DNA of 61,312 nt from a virus (lineage: Duplodnaviria > Caudoviricetes). How positions within the stretch are numbered: position 1 is the first letter of the stretch; the number at the start of each line of letters is the position of its first letter. Under the pieces are notes generated by a model. That model worked only from the letters and a program-made list of their open reading frames with translations. It was not told where the DNA came from and did no database searches. The DNA is taken from IMG/VR virus record IMGVR_UViG_3300017727_000008, positions 1-61,312 of that record. One strand, 5' to 3'. Shown one piece after another: positions 55,103 to 61,312 of the stretch. Both the position numbers and the translations under genes were made by a program.

Positions 55103-55726
55103 TCAAAAAAGTTTCCAATCCAGCATGATATGTATCCGCTCAACCTCAGTCGGATTGTCCACCGAATGCAGTTTTGAGTGATCCACAAGGTATGCCTTAC
55201 CGACCTCCATATTCACTTCATCACCATTGTTCCTAAACATGATGTCAGGGTGGGTGATGATAGGAATATGTATGCGTTTATTACTGCCAACCCTTTCATC
55301 GGCATGTTCCCCAATCTGCGAGTGAGGGTTCATCAGGTTGAACATAAACATGATACATTCACCCTTCCCAATCGTCTCAGTAAGTAGTTGATTGATACTG
55401 GTAAAGAAGGCCTCGTGGTAATACTTACCGTACAACTCACCTTGCAGTATCGCACTTTGCTTATAGTCATCACTGTTCATATACTTGATCAGGTCAGCGA
55501 TGTCCCACTCACTCGCAGATTCTTCAATCGTTTTACCCTGTTGATTCTCCGGTACGGGATACAATAGGGGTAGTCTATCCAAGTCTTGAAAGAATGGGAT
55601 GTACCTTTTACTGAATTTAGAAAAGGCACCCATCCAATCGGCATCATCGATGTCCGAGAAGAGATCAATGTAATGACTCACATCGATCTCACCCAGAACC
55701 TTGATCGTGTTAAGAGGCGAGGGCAT
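55103..55726 (-). CDS. aspartyl/asparaginyl beta-hydroxylase-like 2OG-Fe(II) oxygenase
   Basis: IGEHAD, RIHIPIIT, HSVDN, RIH. Confidence 0.75.
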   Translation of the reverse strand: MPSPLNTIKVLGEIDVSHYIDLFSDIDDADWMGAFSKFSKRYIPFFQDLDRLPLLYPVPENQQGKTIEESASEWDIADLIKYMNSDDYKQSAILQGELYGKYYHEAFFTSINQLLTETIGKGECIMFMFNLMNPHSQIGEHADERVGSNKRIHIPIITHPDIMFRNNGDEVNMEVGKAYLVDHSKLHSVDNPTEVERIHIMLDWKLF

Positions 55727-56678
55727 ATTCCACTGCTTTCTCAACTGCCTTGACTTTGCGAGTCTGGTTCTGACCAAACCATGCAGAAGTCAAACGAGTA
55801 TCAACCTCACGACCCATCTTGTGGTCAGTCAAGTAGGTCACACTGTTTAGTGCAGACCACCATGAACCAGCACCGAACTCAGCACCAGGCTGGGTCTCCA
55901 AGAAGGAGTGTGCAAGTTGACCGTTGCTGGTCAGATCTTTGAAATCTTCCACAGTGACAGGCTTCTTACCAACATAGGTTCGCGGGAACACTTCGTTGTA
56001 GTAGTTGATCAGAGACTTCATATCGTATCGCTTAGATGCGAGGAACTCAGCAGTCTCTTTGTACTTCGCAAACTTCTCGGATGCGATGCCTAGTGCTACC
56101 TTCACCTTGTTAGGGTTGAACTGAGAGCGGTGGTTGATCTTGCAAGAGTTCGCAACCTTCTGTCCCAGAGATAGGGTCAGGGTGTTGTTGCAGACCACGC
56201 GAATCGGAGTAAATCGAACATCGACTGACTTACCGTACATGTGTGGGTTTGAAAACAACAGGTACGAATCGACTTGGTCGCCACCAAGAATGTCAAACGA
56301 CTCCTTGACTTTTGCAAGACCCCAGACCATCTGACCACCTTTGAGTGAACCAGCAGTGTGCATTTCCATGTCACCCGCAGCGCAGTACTCAGAGAAGAAC
56401 TCAAACGCCTCTTCGTTCTGAACAGGTTCCCAGTTCTCACCGACGATGTCTAGAACCTTGTTGTCAGATGTACGCACGAGCGCCTTCTGAGACTCAAGTT
56501 CAACACCTGATGCGGTAGTCAGAACTTCTTTCTGTACCGTCCAATCCAGACCAGCCTGTTGCATAATCTGTTGGGGTGATAGGTCTGCCGCGACCTTGGT
56601 ACCCAGACCGTGCCACGGGACATCACCCGCATATGCCATCTGCGCTTGACCGTCTATCATTTCAATTTCATGACTCAT
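55710..56678 (-). CDS. DUF932/DUF945-family protein
   Basis: PWHGLG, AGLDWTV, TAGSLKGG, TPIRVVCNNT, WFG. Confidence 0.85.
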   Translation of the reverse strand: MSHEIEMIDGQAQMAYAGDVPWHGLGTKVAADLSPQQIMQQAGLDWTVQKEVLTTASGVELESQKALVRTSDNKVLDIVGENWEPVQNEEAFEFFSEYCAAGDMEMHTAGSLKGGQMVWGLAKVKESFDILGGDQVDSYLLFSNPHMYGKSVDVRFTPIRVVCNNTLTLSLGQKVANSCKINHRSQFNPNKVKVALGIASEKFAKYKETAEFLASKRYDMKSLINYYNEVFPRTYVGKKPVTVEDFKDLTSNGQLAHSFLETQPGAEFGAGSWWSALNSVTYLTDHKMGREVDTRLTSAWFGQNQTRKVKAVEKAVEYALAS

Positions 56679-56687
56679 TTTCTTCTC

Positions 56688-56912
56688 CTAGTGAAAAACT
56701 TTCTCGACACCGTTTACCACGATGTAATTCAAATCCATTGCACCTTTGATCTGGCGACCAGTGCGTTCCAAAACGGCATCGCACATGAGTTCCCAACTTT
56801 CGTTGACAGTCTCACTTTGATCCAAAACAAGTTGCATCTCTTTATAGTTGAGAGCGATCTCAACCCGTAGTCCGGTGCTGAGATCAACACCCTTCAATCC
56901 ATTAACTAACAT
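56688..56912 (-). CDS. hypothetical protein
   Basis: GGAGG RBS; packed ORF. Confidence 0.55.
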   Translation of the reverse strand: MLVNGLKGVDLSTGLRVEIALNYKEMQLVLDQSETVNESWELMCDAVLERTGRQIKGAMDLNYIVVNGVEKVFH

Positions 56913-57242
56913 CTAACCCTCCACTCGGTCATGAATTGCGACAGCACCGTAGAAGGCACTACCAAGTAACTTTTCGCACAGTTGCGAGAATCGTGAATCC
57001 GAAGTCGAACCGTAGTTGCCTCCGAACATAGTTCCCTTGCCTTCCGCGCACTCAGGGATCAACCGGAGAATCTTACGACCACCGATAGGTTCTGCCATCA
57101 CGAGTTTAACCGCAGGGGAACCCTCACTAGGCTCAAAGGGGCCTTCACAGTTGGTGACACACAGTGTACGCGAGTAAGATGATACACCACCGTTGGTACC
57201 GTCACCGAGATCACTCCGAAAAATTCTAATTGTCATTCCCAT
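56913..57242 (-). CDS. hypothetical early protein
   Basis: TNGGVSS, MFGGN..TSDSRF, IHDR; behind cassette copy 4. Confidence 0.65.
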   Translation of the reverse strand: MGMTIRIFRSDLGDGTNGGVSSYSRTLCVTNCEGPFEPSEGSPAVKLVMAEPIGGRKILRLIPECAEGKGTMFGGNYGSTSDSRFSQLCEKLLGSAFYGAVAIHDRVEG

Positions 57243-57250
57243 ATCTATAC

Positions 57251-57304
57251 TTCCTTTCTCATTATCAATACAAGTATTTTACACTAGTCAGCAACAAATG
57301 TCAA
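57251..57304 (-). promoter_or_regulatory. early promoter/RBS cassette, copy 4
   Basis: TTGACA-17-TAAAAT-ACTTGTATTGATAATGAGAAAGGAA. Confidence 0.8.
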
Positions 57305-57308
57305 CAGC

Positions 57309-57581
57309 CTAGTAGAAATATTTCTCATTTTTTTTCAAAGACCACTTCTCTTCGACGGGAGCGCCGTGTTCGTCTTCATCGACCACGATGTACGCCACGG
57401 TCTTCTTGACGTTAGCATAACGATAACCTTGCCCAGGCCCTCCAACCCATACGATGTGAGGATACTCAGCGAACACCTCGTCGGCATTCAAAGAGTACTC
57501 GAAGTAGTTACCCACCTCTTTTTCAGTGAAACACCCAATCGGTCTTCGCAACTTCATTGCTTCATAACTATAGTATGCCAT
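57309..57581 (-). CDS. hypothetical protein
   Basis: TAATG-coupled; RYANVKKTVAYIVVDED. Confidence 0.6.
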   Translation of the reverse strand: MAYYSYEAMKLRRPIGCFTEKEVGNYFEYSLNADEVFAEYPHIVWVGGPGQGYRYANVKKTVAYIVVDEDEHGAPVEEKWSLKKNEKYFY

Positions 57582-57769
57582 TACTTTACTCTCACCATGT
57601 AGGCTGGTTTTGCAGGGTTTAAGATCAACTCAGGGTTGGTGACGGGCAGACGGCGTTCCATCTTGATCTTGAATATCTTGCCTTCAAGTTGACGGATACG
57701 CATCGGACAAACTTCAACAGCCAGTTTGGACTCTAAGTACTCAAGGAACTCTTTCTCGGTAAATCTCAT
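57581..57769 (-). CDS. hypothetical early protein
   Basis: Behind the promoter at 57798-57826. Confidence 0.5.
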   Translation of the reverse strand: MRFTEKEFLEYLESKLAVEVCPMRIRQLEGKIFKIKMERRLPVTNPELILNPAKPAYMVRVK

Positions 57770-57797
57770 AACTTAACTCTCTCAATTTCAAAACACT

Positions 57798-57826
57798 ATT
57801 ATATGATGTTTTGACAATAAGTGCAA
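57798..57826 (-). promoter_or_regulatory. sigma70-type promoter
   Basis: TTGCAC-17-TATAAT. Confidence 0.6.
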
Positions 57827-57855
57827 GCACTTTATTAGATCATTTTGTTATATGC

Positions 57856-58356
57856 TTATAACTTTTTCGTATTAGTTCCGAAAAATGTGAGGGAGATACG
57901 GTCTGCGCCACCGAAGTGTGGATTGTGGAGGGTCTGGGCATCAAAGGCAATGGCACGATTCTCTACCCACTCAACATACTCATCCTTCACGGTAGTCCCT
58001 TGTCCCTCTGCACCAAGCATGTAGAGTACGCCAGACCTCTCGAAGTTACGATCAATGTGTTGTGGGATATTCGCACCACGGCCCTCTAGGGTAGGAAAGG
58101 TCTCAAAGGGGTGTCGGAAAAATGTCATCAACTGGACTTTGACACCTAGCACCTCATTGATTTGTGTCGAGATATCGTCAAACGCATATCTGAGGTTATC
58201 GCTACGGTAACAATCTATCCAGTCTGCTACCGCATAGTATGCACCACCTCGTCTCTCACCATAGTCGTAGGCACTATACATGCGACACTCATGATATGCC
58301 TGTACCAGTTCATCAAAGGCATCAAGTTCCAGAAAGTTATCAACTACCTGTATCAT
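57856..58356 (-). CDS. 2OG-Fe(II) oxygenase
   Basis: VVDNFL, HID, GVLYM, NRA..FD, H, R.SLTFF. Confidence 0.7.
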   Translation of the reverse strand: MIQVVDNFLELDAFDELVQAYHECRMYSAYDYGERRGGAYYAVADWIDCYRSDNLRYAFDDISTQINEVLGVKVQLMTFFRHPFETFPTLEGRGANIPQHIDRNFERSGVLYMLGAEGQGTTVKDEYVEWVENRAIAFDAQTLHNPHFGGADRISLTFFGTNTKKL

Positions 58357-60166
58357 GAGTATATATGTCTATCATCTCTTCCTTACCCTTGACCTTGATC
58401 TGGCCTATCGATTTGGACTTGATGTCTATGAGTTGATCTTTGGTAAAACTGGAATAGATGGTCTTATTGTCGATGTATTCTCCGCGAGCTGCTGTTGCTT
58501 CAAGGCGGGCGGCAAGGTTGACAGAGTCTCCGATAACACTGTAGTCAAAGCGAGATTCACTACCCATATTACCAACAATGCAATCACCTGTATTGACACC
58601 AGTACCGACATTGATGGGGGGTAGACCTTCGTCAAGAAATCGTTGTCTAAGTACATTAGTCTTCTCTTCTATCTCTATTGCAGATTTGACTGCCATCTCT
58701 GCGTGGTTGTTACAAGGTAGTGGTGCGTTCCAAAATGCCATGATACAATCGCCCATGTATTTATCAATAGTTCCACCATTTTTCAAAATAATATTTGTCA
58801 TTTCATTGAGATAGTTGTTGATCAATGTGACCAGTCCTTCAGGATCGTCATTGTTCTTATAGTGTTCAGAGATGGGTGTGAACCCCACGATGTCCATGAA
58901 GAGAAATGACATCTCCTTCTTCTCTCCACCTAGTTTCATCAGACTAGGATCTTCTGCAAGCATATTCACCATATCAGGAGATAGGTATGTGCCAAACTGT
59001 CCCTTGATCATCTGCTTTGCTTTGAACTGAGTGTAGAACTGTACAAAGGAGCCGTGTGCGAATACTATGATCATGGTCAGAATAGGGAATACCGGATCGA
59101 CTAGATAAAAGAAAGTAGAGAATGTGTCTGTTGCAAAGTAGTAAGAACCTGCAATGAAGACAGCAAAACACATACCGGATACTGGTATAGTACTCGCCTT
59201 GAGCAGAGCTAAGAGTATAACACATAAAACCAAAGTTGTCAAGAGCTCATACAAAATAAATTCATCGGGTCTCTTGATGACCACTCCATCGATCATAGTC
59301 TTGATTAGGTTTGCCTGAATGTCATGGGGGTACATAGATCCCATCGGTGTAGAGACCACATTAGATCCTTCAAAGGTAGCACCTAATATTGCGATTGACC
59401 CGTCTGGTATCTGATCCATATCAACCAATGAGTATCTCTTGAACTTGTTCCAGTATGCGATATTGACATTACCAGTACTGTCCGTCACAACCGACTTGAA
59501 GGCCGGGATACGCACAAACTCAATGCCATAGTCATCCGTGGATATCTGGTAGGATATGTCTCCTGCCGCGACCCTGAGTATGTCTAATGCAAAGGCAGGG
59601 TACAGTCGGTCATCAAAGTTTACCAGTAAAGGTTGTCTCCGAACAATACCGTCGATGTCTTGTGCCGAAGATATTGTCCCATAACCCCACGCAGCACTAT
59701 GGATTTTCTCTTGTGCAAATAACATACCAGCGGAAGGAAAGAGGAAAGATTCTACCGCTTTGTCACCAAAAGCGGCAACTCCTATCCGTGGTGGTCTGTA
59801 GTCAGTTTTCGTCCGATTAGATGGTGTGATCGCAACAACAGACTGTTTGAATGACAATATATCAGCAAAGTCATCGTCACCACCCCACCTGTCTTCCTCC
59901 GAAAACAAGATGTTGATACCGATCAGACTCTCACCCATCTTGTCGATTTCCTGACCAAGCGTCTCACGGGGTATGGGATACTGCCCCAGCTTGTCTAGGG
60001 CCTTCTCATCTATATCTACCAGTACAATCTGTTCTGATACGGACACCTCCTGTGACCGTTGCATAGAGTCAAAGAAAGAGAGTCTTGCACTCTCCAGTAG
60101 AAAGGGGTCTAATAACCTTATTGTCACCATGACAATAAGAGTAACAAGTACATGCCATGTCTTCAT
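58340..60166 (-). CDS. CHASE2-domain membrane class III adenylate cyclase
   Basis: N-terminal TM, IVLVDIDE and DIDGIVR (CHASE2), three TMs, FMDIVGFT, DKYMGDCIMAFW, DYSVIGDSVNLAARLE. Confidence 0.92.
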   Translation of the reverse strand: MKTWHVLVTLIVMVTIRLLDPFLLESARLSFFDSMQRSQEVSVSEQIVLVDIDEKALDKLGQYPIPRETLGQEIDKMGESLIGINILFSEEDRWGGDDDFADILSFKQSVVAITPSNRTKTDYRPPRIGVAAFGDKAVESFLFPSAGMLFAQEKIHSAAWGYGTISSAQDIDGIVRRQPLLVNFDDRLYPAFALDILRVAAGDISYQISTDDYGIEFVRIPAFKSVVTDSTGNVNIAYWNKFKRYSLVDMDQIPDGSIAILGATFEGSNVVSTPMGSMYPHDIQANLIKTMIDGVVIKRPDEFILYELLTTLVLCVILLALLKASTIPVSGMCFAVFIAGSYYFATDTFSTFFYLVDPVFPILTMIIVFAHGSFVQFYTQFKAKQMIKGQFGTYLSPDMVNMLAEDPSLMKLGGEKKEMSFLFMDIVGFTPISEHYKNNDDPEGLVTLINNYLNEMTNIILKNGGTIDKYMGDCIMAFWNAPLPCNNHAEMAVKSAIEIEEKTNVLRQRFLDEGLPPINVGTGVNTGDCIVGNMGSESRFDYSVIGDSVNLAARLEATAARGEYIDNKTIYSSFTKDQLIDIKSKSIGQIKVKGKEEMIDIYTHDTGS

Positions 60167-61248
60167 TGTATTATGTTTATCACTGTGTCTTGTCCATTTA
60201 TCTTGACTGGGTCAAGTTGCTTACCGTCTTGTGACATATTTATAAGGGTGGATGCACCCTTGTCTACTCGGATCTCTGCGATGTCATTGACCGCTCGTCC
60301 CACCGTGACCTTGTCACCCTCTACTATGGTAGCAAACTGAGTAACAGTATCAAAGCCCTCCTCTGTGCCCTCTAGAGACAGTTCTCCGGTGCTTTGTCGT
60401 TCCTGTAGTAGTTCCTCATCAAGACTATTATAAGCATCAAGTAAATCTTCCAGTAGTTCAACATCAAGGAAGTTGATATCCAACTCAGTGAACTCCAGAT
60501 AGTCTCGTTCCAAATCTTCGTTTGCTAACAAGTCTTGATCAAGGAAGTCTATGTCAAGGGGGTTGATGTTTCGACTTGCGTTGGTCGATAGTAATAACTC
60601 TTCCTCAGTTTCTTTCTTCTTGGGTGGGTTGATGATCATGATGTTGTTCAACATGTCCAGAGTCAGATCTAGGATGGCAGGATTACTTGGTGGTTCCTCG
60701 GCAACATAAGTGTTGGTTGCTTGGAAGGGTTCGTTTAAGACAACCTCACCAGCCATAGTAGATACAATGATCTCACCAGACGAAACTCCGTTGATATCTG
60801 GTAATAGGACTACGAGGGTCTGTCCTAGTTCATCTACGGTTACTGTGAAGTCTGTTCCCCGAATACCGATGGATGCGGTAGGGGTTCGTAGGCGTACATT
60901 CTCTTTATTGACCTTACCCAGTTCACCGGATATGAACCTTGCTGTACCCTGTGCAAAGGTCATGGCAAGGTCTGATTTACTGGGATCATCATCAAATACC
61001 ACATTATCTATCACGATACGGGTATGTTCAGTCATTCTTAACTTAGAATCATCAACAAAACGTACCTGAAGGCGACCTTCACCCGTGCGAAGGTCATCCT
61101 TAGACACTACATCCTGACCCGTGGTAGGACGAATAGAGGCCTCATCTCTGAGTATCTCTCTCCATCCTACCGCACGATCTACGTTTCCTACATCACTCGC
61201 ATGTAGTGTTGAGACCGGAATCAGACTGGCTGATACAAATAGTAGCAT
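60163..61248 (-). CDS. secreted FecR-domain protein with acidic C-terminal region
   Basis: Signal peptide, D.LRTG, F.DDS.L, TPTASIGIRGTDF; the start could be as far upstream as 61275. Confidence 0.85.
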   Translation of the reverse strand: MLLFVSASLIPVSTLHASDVGNVDRAVGWREILRDEASIRPTTGQDVVSKDDLRTGEGRLQVRFVDDSKLRMTEHTRIVIDNVVFDDDPSKSDLAMTFAQGTARFISGELGKVNKENVRLRTPTASIGIRGTDFTVTVDELGQTLVVLLPDINGVSSGEIIVSTMAGEVVLNEPFQATNTYVAEEPPSNPAILDLTLDMLNNIMIINPPKKKETEEELLLSTNASRNINPLDIDFLDQDLLANEDLERDYLEFTELDINFLDVELLEDLLDAYNSLDEELLQERQSTGELSLEGTEEGFDTVTQFATIVEGDKVTVGRAVNDIAEIRVDKGASTLINMSQDGKQLDPVKINGQDTVINIIQ

Positions 61249-61312
61249 CAGTTGTGCTTGTTCCCGAACCATCAAAATCTATCTCCAGTGTGTCCGTCTG
61301 TAAGGTAGATTC
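61193..61312 (-). CDS. 3' end of an upstream curlin-like/beta-solenoid secreted protein (truncated by window)
   Basis: Open frame ESTLQTDTLEIDFDGSGTSTTDATICISQSDSGLNTTCE*; Thr/Ser/Asp-rich with two terminal Cys. Confidence 0.5.
   Translation of the reverse strand, partial: ESTLQTDTLEIDFDGSGTSTTDATICISQSDSGLNTTCE

Noticed and set aside
1-61312. CRISPR array, tRNA genes, introns, inteins, transposases
   Set aside because: Intergenic gaps are all short and explained by promoters or small ORFs. I saw no regularly spaced repeats or cloverleafs, and nrdA, nrdB and phoH are uninterrupted. Checked by eye only.
1-61312. Stop-codon reassignment
   Set aside because: Genes tile densely under the standard code, and TAA, TAG and TGA all end recognisable proteins at expected positions.

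Overview
A 61 kb segment of a large T4-like (Tevenvirinae/Kyanoviridae-like) myophage genome, probably marine and infecting a heterotrophic Gram-negative host. It has sigma70-type early promoters and TATAAATA late promoters, and no photosynthesis genes in this window. From left to right: a + strand tail/baseplate block (gp2, gp19/54-like, gp26, gp51, tape measure); then mostly - strand genes, including gp32, gp33 and small early genes behind a repeated 54-bp promoter/RBS cassette. A short + strand late operon follows (two tandem paralogues and a zeta-toxin-like kinase). Next is an ~18 kb modification island of glycosyl-, sulfo-, methyl- and carbamoyl-transferases, a radical SAM enzyme, a ferritin-like diiron protein, a glutamine amidotransferase and an alternative oxidase. 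After that come an M15 endolysin, phoH, two degenerate adenylation-domain paralogues, nrdB, a NrdA-glutaredoxin fusion and spanins. A cluster of proteins with T4-type capsid-targeting N-termini, an exonuclease, glyA and DUF932 precede a curlin-like/FecR/CHASE2-adenylate cyclase module at the right end. The main observations are a likely programmed -1 frameshift fusing gp26 and gp51, an unannotated 15-aa 8-Cys micropeptide with its own late promoter and RBS, the phage-encoded transmembrane cyclase module, and the putative set of packaged internal proteins. All family calls come from motif recognition by eye; no database searches were run.
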